Of a DNA stretch of 64,000 bases, positions 10,051 through 18,180 are shown one piece after another. Numbering within the stretch: the stretch's first letter is position 1; each line of letters opens with the position of its first letter. The position numbers and the translations under genes were made by a program. Below the pieces are notes generated by a model that worked only from the letters and a program-made list of their open reading frames with translations, was not told the DNA's origin and did not search any database. Origin of the DNA: an uncultured Gammaproteobacteria bacterium (GTDB lineage Bacteria; Pseudomonadota; Gammaproteobacteria; Tethybacterales; Tethybacteraceae); assembly GCA_964509765.1 (NCBI GenBank), contig CAZDYI010000049.1, forward strand, positions 3,405-67,404, read 5' to 3'.

Positions 10051-11319
10051 ATGGACGCCAAACTCAGGGAGCGGGCGGTCTCGACGATCAGGGCCAACGA
10101 CCGCGGCGGCTACACGGTTCCGACCGCGGGCCTGTACCCGTTCCAGTGGAACTGGGACTCGTGCCTCGCCGCGCTCGGCATTGCGCGGTTCGACCGCGAC
10201 CGGGCCTGGCGCGAGGTCGAGACCCTGATGTCCGCGCAGTGGCGAAACGGCATGGTCCCTCACATCGTCTTCTGGGCGGACGATGACGGCTACTTCCCCG
10301 GCAAGGGCGAGTGGGGCTCCGGCACGGAGCCGCCGACCTCGGGCCACTCGCAGCCTCCGGTCGCCTCGAGCGTTGTCTGGTCGCTGGTTCGCAGCGGCGG
10401 GGCAGAGGACGCCAGGAGGGCCCGGAAAGTGTTTCCTGCGCTGCTTGCCTGCCACCGCTGGTGGCACGAGCGCCGCGATCCGGACGGCACTGGCGTGGTA
10501 GCAGTCACGCATCCTTGGGAGAGCGGGCGCGACAACAGCCCTGACTGGGACGGGCCCCTGGCCGCGGTCGAGGTCCCGGAGGGCGTCAGGGGCTACAGGC
10601 GCCGCGACCTCGACCACGTCGACGCGGGCGCGCGCCCCACCGACGACCAGTACGACCGCTTCATGGTGCTGGTCGCCTTCGGCAGGGAGTGCGGCTGGGA
10701 CCCGGAGGAAATCTACCTCAACGGGCCGTTCCTCGCGGCCGACCCGGGGGTGCAGTTCATCCTGCTTCGCGCCGACCGCGACCTGCTGTGCCTCGCCGAG
10801 ACCCTGGGCGAGGACGGGGCCGCAGGGGAGCTGCGCGGCTGGGTCGCCGCGGCGGAGGACGGCAGCGAGTCGCTTTGGAGCGAGGACCTGGGCGGCTACT
10901 GCGCAAGGGACCTGCGCAGCGGAAACATGAGTCCGGGCCTGAGCAACGCCTCGATGCTCGCCTGGTACGCCGGCGTCGCGAGAGAGGACCGCCGCAAGCG
11001 GATGGCGGAGGCCGCGCGCGGCATGCTCGAGTGCGTGGAGTTCGGCATGCCGAGCTGGAAGGCGGGGACGGAGGGCTTCGAGCCTAGGAGGTACTGGCGC
11101 GGCCCGGTCTGGGCGGTGATGAACTTCATGGTCTCAGCGGGACTGGTCGAGCAGGGCGAGGCCGAGCTCGGGCGGCGGATAAGGTCGGACGCGCAAAGGC
11201 TGATCGGCGAGCACGGGTTCAGGGAGTACTTCGATCCCGAGACCGGGGACGGCGCTGGCGGCGGTGACTTCACCTGGACCGCGGCGATGGCCCTGGCCTG
11301 GGACGCAGAGGAGGGATAG
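10051..11319 (+). CDS. GH63-like glucosylglycerate/mannosylglycerate hydrolase family protein, 422 aa
   Basis: Motifs YPFQWNWDS, LMSAQWRNGMVPHIVF, HPWESGRDNSPDWD and RRYWRGPVWAVMNF match my memory of mycobacterial/Thermus GgH/MgH enzymes. Confidence 0.65.
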   Translation: MDAKLRERAVSTIRANDRGGYTVPTAGLYPFQWNWDSCLAALGIARFDRDRAWREVETLMSAQWRNGMVPHIVFWADDDGYFPGKGEWGSGTEPPTSGHSQPPVASSVVWSLVRSGGAEDARRARKVFPALLACHRWWHERRDPDGTGVVAVTHPWESGRDNSPDWDGPLAAVEVPEGVRGYRRRDLDHVDAGARPTDDQYDRFMVLVAFGRECGWDPEEIYLNGPFLAADPGVQFILLRADRDLLCLAETLGEDGAAGELRGWVAAAEDGSESLWSEDLGGYCARDLRSGNMSPGLSNASMLAWYAGVAREDRRKRMAEAARGMLECVEFGMPSWKAGTEGFEPRRYWRGPVWAVMNFMVSAGLVEQGEAELGRRIRSDAQRLIGEHGFREYFDPETGDGAGGGDFTWTAAMALAWDAEEG

Positions 11320-11324
11320 GGAGC

Positions 11325-12386
11325 ATGGGAGCGATCAGGCTGGAAGCCGTGGAGAAGTGGTTCGGGAACCTGCAGGTGATCAAGGGCATCGACCTCGAGT
11401 TCTCCGACGGCGAGTTCGTGGTCCTGGTCGGGCCGTCCGGGTGCGGCAAGACCACCCTGTTGCGGATGATCGCGGGGCTCGAGGAGACGAGCAGGGGGAA
11501 GATCCTCATCGACGGCAGCGACGTCACCGACCGCGTTCCGTCCGAGCGCGAGCTGTCGATGGTCTTCCAGTCGTACGCGCTCTACCCGCACATGTCTGTC
11601 GGCGAGAACATGGGCTTCGGCCTCAAGACCGCGGGCGTGCCCAAGGGCGAGATCGACGGGAAGGTCGGAAAGGCGGCAGCGGTGCTCAAGCTCGACGCGC
11701 TGCTCGAGCGCAGGCCCAAGGCCCTGTCTGGCGGACAGCGCCAGCGCGTCGCGATCGGCAGGGCGATCGTCCGCGAGCCGAAGGCGTTCCTGTTCGACGA
11801 GCCGCTGTCGAACCTCGACGCCGCCCTGCGGGTGGAGATGAGGCTCGAGATAGCGCGGCTCCACCAGCAGCTCGGCACGACGATGGTCTACGTCACCCAC
11901 GACCAGGTCGAGGCGATGACGCTCGCCGACAAGATCGTGCTCCTCGAGGGCGGGGTGGTCAAGCAGGTCGGCACGCCGCGCGAGCTCTACGAGAGCCCGC
12001 AGAACGAGTTCGTCGCTGGCTTCATCGGCAGCCCGAAGATGAACTTCGTCCTGTGCTCGGTCGAAGGCAGCAGGTTCGAGATCCCCGGCCAGCCCGGCGG
12101 CGAGCACAGCCTTGCTCAGCCGCCGGCCGGGATAGCCCGCCTCGGCATCAGGCCCGAGCACATCGCGCTGACCGACGGCGACGACGCGCACTGCAGGGGC
12201 GTCGCCGAGGTGGTGGAGTACCTCGGGGCCGAGTCCTACGTTTTCGTAAAGAGCGACGGCCTTCCGGAGATGACCGTCCGGGTCGCCGACTTCGACATGT
12301 CAAGGGAAGGGTCGGACATCGGCCTGCGCTTCGACTGCGCGCGGATTCATTTCTTCAACGAATCCGGAGATGTTGTAGGGCAGTGA
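11325..12386 (+). CDS. Sugar ABC ATP-binding protein (MalK/UgpC/MsiK type), 353 aa
   Basis: Walker A GPSGCGKTT, signature LSGGQRQRVAIGRA, Walker B FLFDEPLSNLD, and a C-terminal regulatory/TOBE-like domain. Confidence 0.9.
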   Translation: MGAIRLEAVEKWFGNLQVIKGIDLEFSDGEFVVLVGPSGCGKTTLLRMIAGLEETSRGKILIDGSDVTDRVPSERELSMVFQSYALYPHMSVGENMGFGLKTAGVPKGEIDGKVGKAAAVLKLDALLERRPKALSGGQRQRVAIGRAIVREPKAFLFDEPLSNLDAALRVEMRLEIARLHQQLGTTMVYVTHDQVEAMTLADKIVLLEGGVVKQVGTPRELYESPQNEFVAGFIGSPKMNFVLCSVEGSRFEIPGQPGGEHSLAQPPAGIARLGIRPEHIALTDGDDAHCRGVAEVVEYLGAESYVFVKSDGLPEMTVRVADFDMSREGSDIGLRFDCARIHFFNESGDVVGQ

Positions 12387-12391
12387 AAAAT

Positions 12392-13924
12392 TCACATTAG
12401 TTTCAGCTGACCATTGTCATCGGTCGAAGTTTGCTGTATGTCTGTCCGTGTCGAGGCATGCACTTCGTTGACTTTGTCGTGTCCGGGTTTCCACAAGCGG
12501 GAATAAACACCCTTGGAATACACCTCCATCCCCAACAGCAAGCAGTACTGTGCCACAGGCAGAAACGTTGCTTTACCTGATTCGTCAAGGTTGGCTGGAT
12601 AGGTGCTTCTTGTCGTGCAGTACATTCCGTCTAAGTGCTTCTTGTTGTTGATCACGGATGAGAAGTGCGACAGATTCTTGGCAGCCTCCTTCAGTGTTGA
12701 TTGCTTGTCGCTCCATTTGACTTCTGTTATCCTGGTAATCAAGTCGGAAAACTTGTACCGGTGAATCATGTCGATCTCGTACAGCTTTTCTCCCCTCTTG
12801 AAGGAAAGAAAATGTATTTCATCAGTCAAGGGCGGCAGGGTTTGCGTGTAGACTGTTGCCTCGACGATGTGACCCGCGCGGTCTTCGTTCGGGTCCAGAG
12901 GTCCGAACAGCGAGGTGTGGTGTGCCGTGTTTTCCAGCAAGTACTTGTGCTTGAAGTCCCTTTGGAGCCTTTCAAGCTCGTTGCCTGCGCGTGGCACGGA
13001 TCGGACCAGAAAAGAGTCCTTCAGGTATTCCATGTAGGTGTCGACGGTGGGGAACTGCACACCCGAAGCCTTTGCCATGCCTTCCTTGGACAGCTCCTGG
13101 CCGTCGTGCCTTGCTATGTACTTGTACAGCAGTTCAAGGGCCCGGGTTTTCCTCAGTTCGTAGTGCATCGGTATCTCGCGGACGGCGGCCCTCTGGATTG
13201 TGTCCGCGTATACCTCTTCGACGTCTGTTTCGCTGTAGCCTGTTCCCAGCAGCTCAACGAACGAGCCGAAGTTCATGTAGTCCAGGAAATTGTCATTGAG
13301 CTCCTCGATCTGTTCGCGGCCAAGCCGGTGCCGCCTCAGGGAGTCAGGCTCCCTGGGCAACCCGTCCGGCCACTTCCCCCTAGCGTCAAGGTACTCGAAG
13401 AACATCAGCGGAGGGGCGTACAGGTCGCGCACCCGTCCGTGCCCGGTTTCCAGGTGCTTCGGGTTCAACACAACTGACACCGAGCCGGACGCAACGAAGG
13501 TTGTGTCCTTTTCGTGGTCGGTAAGCGTCTTCAGATGGTGGGGCCAGTCCTCGGCGAACTGAATCTCATCGAAGATCACGAGCTTGTCGCCGTCCCCAAC
13601 GGCCGGAAGGCCCTTGAAGGCTTCGAGGATTTCGGTCAGGCTCGGCGAGCTCGGACTCAGCTTCTGCAAGTCCACGAAGCAGACATGCCGGCGCTCGATC
13701 AGTTTTGCCTCGAGGACGCGGCCGAGGAATTGCTTGAGGACGACGGTCTTCCCCACCCTGCGCTGGCCGTACAGGACAACGGTTCTCCTCGGAACCTTTT
13801 TCAGCGCCAGGCTTCCTAGCGGGTTGATGATCCTGCGCTCGAATCCGAAACTGGATTCTTCCGGCAGGACCTCGCTGCCCCACCAGGGATTTTGCTTGGC
13901 AATGGCGTCCTGCAACTCGGTCAT
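12392..13924 (-). CDS. AAA+ ATPase / wHTH / PD-(D/E)xK nuclease-like protein (COG1373; AAA_14 + DUF4143), paralog P1, ~510 aa
   Basis: NPWW motif, Walker A GQRRVGKT and Walker B LVIFDEIQ. The C-terminal triad is IVEAT...YEIDMI...TEVKWSD. Start chosen at ATG 13924 (MTELQDAIAKQNPWW). Composition is visibly AT-richer than the flanking operons. Confidence 0.8.
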   Translation of the reverse strand: MTELQDAIAKQNPWWGSEVLPEESSFGFERRIINPLGSLALKKVPRRTVVLYGQRRVGKTVVLKQFLGRVLEAKLIERRHVCFVDLQKLSPSSPSLTEILEAFKGLPAVGDGDKLVIFDEIQFAEDWPHHLKTLTDHEKDTTFVASGSVSVVLNPKHLETGHGRVRDLYAPPLMFFEYLDARGKWPDGLPREPDSLRRHRLGREQIEELNDNFLDYMNFGSFVELLGTGYSETDVEEVYADTIQRAAVREIPMHYELRKTRALELLYKYIARHDGQELSKEGMAKASGVQFPTVDTYMEYLKDSFLVRSVPRAGNELERLQRDFKHKYLLENTAHHTSLFGPLDPNEDRAGHIVEATVYTQTLPPLTDEIHFLSFKRGEKLYEIDMIHRYKFSDLITRITEVKWSDKQSTLKEAAKNLSHFSSVINNKKHLDGMYCTTRSTYPANLDESGKATFLPVAQYCLLLGMEVYSKGVYSRLWKPGHDKVNEVHASTRTDIQQTSTDDNGQLKLM

Positions 13925-13931
13925 GGGAACA

Positions 13932-13960
13932 AGTATAACATTAATTGAAGTATAAATCAA
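13932..13960 (-). promoter_or_regulatory. Putative leaderless promoter of P1 (TTGATT-N17-TATACT)
   Basis: On the minus strand, TTGATT (13960-13955), a 17-nt spacer, then TATACT (13937-13932). The -10 ends exactly 7 nt before ATG 13924 and there is no Shine-Dalgarno. Confidence 0.5.
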
Positions 13961-13969
13961 TTACCGTGT

Positions 13970-13988
13970 GATATGTCGTAACCAATTG
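13970..13988 (-). promoter_or_regulatory. Conserved distal motif CAATTGGTTACGACATATC upstream of P1
   Basis: A near-identical motif (CAATTGGTTGCGAATATC) sits at 29065-29048 upstream of P4. In both cases it ends exactly 45 nt from the start codon. Confidence 0.5.
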
Positions 13989-14237
13989 TATATTCATGAA
14001 TAATCAATAATCCTACAACAATTGATTTGTATTTCAATTATCGTTTTCATGCATGTATCTTATTGATATCATTCATTAAAATAGTCAATGAAAACTATGT
14101 GCATATGTTAACAAAAGAGGGTGATGCATGGGAAGGTCAGGTAAAGAGCAAGTGTTGACGGAACATGGAATCGTGATTGCAAGGAAGAATTTTGGATGGA
14201 CCCGTGGAGGAGTTGGCGGATGCCGGAGAGGAGGCGG

Positions 14238-15692
14238 CTACAGGACATTCCACTGTTCGCAATACACATCGTCATTGCTGAAAATTTCCATTCCCAGCAG
14301 CAGGCAGTACTGCGCCGTCGGCATGAACCGGACGCGGCCTGTGTCGTCAAGGTCGTCGGGGTAGGTGGACTTGGTCGTGCAATAGCAACCGTCAAGCCGC
14401 TTGCCATGCTTGCCCTTTATTTTTATTTCGAAATGGACAAGATTTTCTGCGGCTGCACGCAGATTGGCTCTGTGATCGCTCCACTTGACTTCCGTGAGCC
14501 TGGTGACCTCCTCGCTCCTGCCGAAGCGGTGGACCATGTCTATTTCGTATTTCTTGTCACCCCTCTCGTAGAGTGCGTAGTTGATTTCGTTTTCTGCAGG
14601 AGGAAGGGTTTGCGTGAACACTGTTGCCTCGACTATGTGCCCGAACTCAGGTTGACTTGAAGGCGGATTGCCGTGCAGGAGTGAACTGTGTGAGGCGTGC
14701 TCCAGCATGTATTTCGTTCCTGCGTCGATCTGCAGCCGTTTCAGCTTGTTGCTGGAGCGATGCACTGTTCGAACAAGAAACGCCTCGCACAGGTAATTCA
14801 GATAGGAACCTACCGTCTCCTTGTCCAATCCCGAAACCATGGCGATGTCGTTTTTCTTCAGTTCCCGGCCGTTGTGTTGGGCAATGTGCCTGAACATTGT
14901 TTCCAGCCCGTCAATTTTTGTGATTCCATAGTGCAGCGGGATGTCCCGGATTATGGCCCTGTCAACCGCGTCTCTTCTCACCCTCCTGATTGCTTCCGGA
15001 GTGTAGCCGTGCTCGAGCAATTCCAGGAATGCGCCGTGTTTGACGTACTCAAGGAAACTGTCGTTCAGCGATTCGATGGCTGGGTCGTCCAGGCGATGAT
15101 CCCGCAACCCATCTGGGTCGCGCGGCAAGCCAGTTGGCCATTTGCCATTTGCCAACAAGTATTCGCAGAATAAAAAAGGAGGCACATACATGTCAAGAAA
15201 GCGCCCGTAGCCGGATTCCCTGTGTTTTGGATGCAGCACAGCCGAGACGGATCCGGAGACAACTAAGGCTGTGTCCTTTTCATGATCGGTCATGGTCTTG
15301 ATTTGGATTGGCCAGTCACTCGCAAACTGAATTTCGTCGAAGACCAACAGTTTCCTTCCCTCGCCGACAGAAGGCAGCTTCTTGAAGGCGCGGACAATGT
15401 CCTTGAGGATGCGTCCGCTGGTGAAGACCGCACCGAGGTCAACATAGCATGCGTGCTCCCGCTTGACGAGATTGTTCTCAATCGCCAGGCCAAGCATTTG
15501 CTTGAGCATGACTGTTTTTCCGGCCCGGCGCTGGCCGAACACCAGCAAGGACCTCCTCGGACCGTCGGAGAAAACATTGGCTCCGACTGGATGAAGGAAC
15601 ATCCGCTGGTAGTCGAGGCCGGTTTCCTCAGGCAGCTCGTTGCCTTCCCACCACGGGTTTTGGTTGACTAGATTGGACTGAAGCTCATCCAT
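14238..15692 (-). CDS. AAA+ ATPase / wHTH / PD-(D/E)xK nuclease-like protein (COG1373 type), paralog P2, ~484 aa
   Basis: NPWW, Walker A GQRRAGKT, Walker B LLVFDEIQ, IVEAT...YEIDMV...TEVKWSD. About half the N-terminal residues are identical to P1 by eye. Start chosen at ATG 15692 (MDELQSNLVNQNPWW); ATG 15704 is an alternative. Confidence 0.8.
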   Translation of the reverse strand: MDELQSNLVNQNPWWEGNELPEETGLDYQRMFLHPVGANVFSDGPRRSLLVFGQRRAGKTVMLKQMLGLAIENNLVKREHACYVDLGAVFTSGRILKDIVRAFKKLPSVGEGRKLLVFDEIQFASDWPIQIKTMTDHEKDTALVVSGSVSAVLHPKHRESGYGRFLDMYVPPFLFCEYLLANGKWPTGLPRDPDGLRDHRLDDPAIESLNDSFLEYVKHGAFLELLEHGYTPEAIRRVRRDAVDRAIIRDIPLHYGITKIDGLETMFRHIAQHNGRELKKNDIAMVSGLDKETVGSYLNYLCEAFLVRTVHRSSNKLKRLQIDAGTKYMLEHASHSSLLHGNPPSSQPEFGHIVEATVFTQTLPPAENEINYALYERGDKKYEIDMVHRFGRSEEVTRLTEVKWSDHRANLRAAAENLVHFEIKIKGKHGKRLDGCYCTTKSTYPDDLDDTGRVRFMPTAQYCLLLGMEIFSNDDVYCEQWNVL

Positions 15693-15719
15693 AGGAACCG
15701 GCATCAGTATAACACATAA

Positions 15720-15737
15720 AAGCGGATGCATCCGCTT
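15720..15737. promoter_or_regulatory. 18-bp perfect palindrome AAGCGGATGCATCCGCTT upstream of P2
   Basis: Perfect dyad. It lies 8 nt upstream of a TATACT -10-like box (15711-15706, minus strand), so it covers the -35 position of the P2 promoter. Confidence 0.45.
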
Positions 15738-15836
15738 CTTTGTTATGTTTGTTGCAACTGTCTGTATTCATTGTTAAATTTCCTGATACTCACGAAGATG
15801 CGGATTAATCCGCTTCTCCGTTCATTGTTTTGCAAC
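15722..15836. repeat. Two copies of a ~37-bp hairpin-containing module, 78 bp apart
   Basis: Copy 1 is 15722-15758 (GCGGATGCATCCGCTTCTTTGTTATGTTTGTTGCAAC). Copy 2 is 15800-15836 (GCGGATTAATCCGCTTCTCCGTTCATTGTTTTGCAAC). They match at 28 of 37 positions. The 11-mer CTCACGAAGAT also occurs twice (15789-15799, 15862-15872). Confidence 0.6.
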
Positions 15837-16034
15837 ACATTGAAAAGATGGCAAAAAAACGCTCACGAAGATTATGTGAATATGTTGACTTTCACCGTCC
15901 GAAGCCGGCGTTTCTCGTTGGGTTCAGCCAGTCCTGCGAGCACATGACGCTCACTTGTAGATCCGTTCGGAGCGAGGGAAAATATAATCGGCAAGAGGCG
16001 AGGAGCGGACAGCGGAAACTAGTGGAGGCTGGCA

Positions 16035-18170
16035 GTGGCATCTGAAAAATCAACTTCGGGCGCGGTCTACACCTGCCCGATGCACCCGGAGGTCAAGCAG
16101 GACAGGCCCGGCGACTGCCCCAAGTGCGGGATGGCCCTGGAGTCCGCCGGGGTTCCGGGCGAAGAGAGCCTGGAGGAGCTGCGGGACTTCACCCGCCGCT
16201 TCGCGGTCAGCGCCGCCCTTGCGATCCCGCTGCTTGCGGTCTCGATGGGCCCGCTGCTCGGCCTGCCTCTGCGGGAGTGGCTCGGCGAGAGGGCCGCGGT
16301 CTGGACGGAGCTCGCCCTCGCGACCCCGGTCGTCCTCTGGGCCGGCTGGCCGTTCTTCGTACGCGGCGTCCGCTCGGTCGCCAACCTCAGCCCGAACATG
16401 TTCACCCTGATCATGATCGGCGTCGGGGCGGCCTACGGCTACAGCGTGGTCGCGACCGTCGCGCCCGGGCTGTTCCCGGAGGGCTTCCGCATGGAGGGCG
16501 GGGCAGTCGGCGTCTACTACGAGGCCGCAGCCGTGATCATCGCCCTGGTCCTGCTCGGGCAGGTGCTCGAGCTGCGCGCGCGCAGCAGGACCGGCGACGC
16601 GATCCGCGCGCTGCTCGACCTGTCCCCGGAGACCGCGCGCGTCGTCCGGGACGGGGCCGAGGAGGTCGTCCCGCTCGAGCAGGTGAAGGTCGGCGACGTC
16701 CTCAGCGTCCTGCCCGGGGAGAAGGTCCCGGTGGACGGGATCGTCACAGGCGGGGTGTCGTCGGTCGACGAATCGATGATCACCGGCGAGCCGCTGCCGG
16801 TCGAGAAGGCCCGGGGCGACAGGGTGGTCGGCGCGACGATCAACGGCCAGGGCAACCTGACCGTCGAGGCGAGCCAGGTCGGCTCGGACACGGTGCTCTC
16901 GCGGATCGTCGAGATGGTCTCCCGCGCGCGCGGCAGCCGCGCACCCATACAGGCGATGGCCGACCGCTTCGCGGCCCTGTTCGTTCCCGCGGTGCTGCTC
17001 GTTGCGGCGGCTTCCTTCGTCGTCTGGTCCCTGGTCGGGCCGGAGCCGCCCGTGACGCACGGGCTGGTCGTCGCGGTGTCGGTGCTGATCATCGCCTGTC
17101 CCTGCGCCCTCGGGCTTGCCGCGCCGATGTCGGTGATGGTCGCCGCCGGGCGCGGGGCCGAGGCCGCGGTGCTCGTCCGCGACGCGGAGTCGCTCGAGCG
17201 CCTTGCGTCGGTGGACACCCTGGTGATTGACAAGACCGGTACCCTGACCGCGGGAAAGCCGAAGGTCGTGTCCGTTGCCGCGGCCGAGGGCAGGGGCGAG
17301 GATGAGGTCTTGGGGCTCGCGGCGAGGCTGGCTTTCGGCTCGGCGCACCCGCTGTCCCAGGCGATCGCGAGGGCCGCGAGGGAGCGCGGGCTTGAGGTCT
17401 CCGTCGGAGTCGAGACGGTCTCGCATGCCGGGATGGGCGTGACCGGAACGGTTGACGGCGCTGAGGTCGCGCTCGGCAACGAGAGGCTGCTGGACAAGGT
17501 CGGCGCCGGCGAACACGGCTTCGGCGCCCGCGCCGAGGAGAGCAGGGGCTCGGGCGAGACCGCGCTGTTCGTTGCGTCCGGCGGCGAGGTGGTCGGCATG
17601 ATGGGCCTGGCCGACGAGGTCAGGGACGACGCCCCGGAGACGCTAAGGAGGCTGAGGGAGCAGGGGCTGCGCATCGTCATGGCGACCGGCGACAGCGCCC
17701 GCACCGCCGAGGCGGTTGCGAAGGGCCTCGGGATCGAGGAGATTCATCCCGAGGTGATGCCCGAGGACAAGGCGGCGCTGGTCAGGAGCCTGCAGGGGCA
17801 GGGCGGCAAGGTAGCGATGGCGGGCGACGGCATAAACGACGCGCCGGCCCTGGCCCAGGCCGACGTCGGGATCGCGATGGGCTCCGGCTCGGACGTCGCG
17901 ATCGAAAGCGCCGGCATCACCCTGATGGGCGGCGACCTCAAGGGCATCGTCCGGGCGAGGAACCTCGCGGTCGCGACCGTCTCGAACATCCGCCAGAACC
18001 TCCTGTTCGCCTTCGGCTACAACTCGCTCGGGGTGCCTGTTGCGGCGGGCGTCCTGTACCCGCTGATCGGGGTGTTCCTCTCGCCGATGATCGCGGCCGC
18101 GGCGATGAGCCTGTCGTCGGTCTCGGTCGTCTGGAACGCGCTCCGCCTCAAGGGGGTGTCCCTGGACTGA
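16035..18170 (+). CDS. copA: Cu(I)-translocating P1B-type ATPase, 711 aa
   Basis: GGAGG lies 6 nt upstream of the GTG. Motifs: TM4 CPC (IIACPCALG), [17 protein letters not shown]5 YN (GYNSLG) and TM6 MSLSS. The N-terminus has [24 protein letters not shown] and no GMTCxxC HMA domain. Confidence 0.9.
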   Translation: MASEKSTSGAVYTCPMHPEVKQDRPGDCPKCGMALESAGVPGEESLEELRDFTRRFAVSAALAIPLLAVSMGPLLGLPLREWLGERAAVWTELALATPVVLWAGWPFFVRGVRSVANLSPNMFTLIMIGVGAAYGYSVVATVAPGLFPEGFRMEGGAVGVYYEAAAVIIALVLLGQVLELRARSRTGDAIRALLDLSPETARVVRDGAEEVVPLEQVKVGDVLSVLPGEKVPVDGIVTGGVSSVDESMITGEPLPVEKARGDRVVGATINGQGNLTVEASQVGSDTVLSRIVEMVSRARGSRAPIQAMADRFAALFVPAVLLVAAASFVVWSLVGPEPPVTHGLVVAVSVLIIACPCALGLAAPMSVMVAAGRGAEAAVLVRDAESLERLASVDTLVIDKTGTLTAGKPKVVSVAAAEGRGEDEVLGLAARLAFGSAHPLSQAIARAARERGLEVSVGVETVSHAGMGVTGTVDGAEVALGNERLLDKVGAGEHGFGARAEESRGSGETALFVASGGEVVGMMGLADEVRDDAPETLRRLREQGLRIVMATGDSARTAEAVAKGLGIEEIHPEVMPEDKAALVRSLQGQGGKVAMAGDGINDAPALAQADVGIAMGSGSDVAIESAGITLMGGDLKGIVRARNLAVATVSNIRQNLLFAFGYNSLGVPVAAGVLYPLIGVFLSPMIAAAAMSLSSVSVVWNALRLKGVSLD

Positions 18171-18180
18171 GGGCCTCCGG

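Noticed and set aside
14128-14364. A plus-strand 78-aa ORF with an AGAGGG SD-like sequence in the P2 3' region, considered as a possible small partner or antitoxin gene.
   Set aside because: More than half of it overlaps the P2 coding sequence on the other strand. The product is Gly/Arg/Ser-rich and featureless, and there is no counterpart in island 2.
15726-16045. Small plus-strand ORFs upstream of copA (73 aa and 71 aa), considered as a possible CopZ chaperone or CsoR/CopY regulator.
   Set aside because: They have no metal-binding CxxC, no CsoR C-H-C signature and no HTH. Composition is odd and Cys/Leu/Phe-rich, no SD is present, and they run through the AT-rich repeat region.
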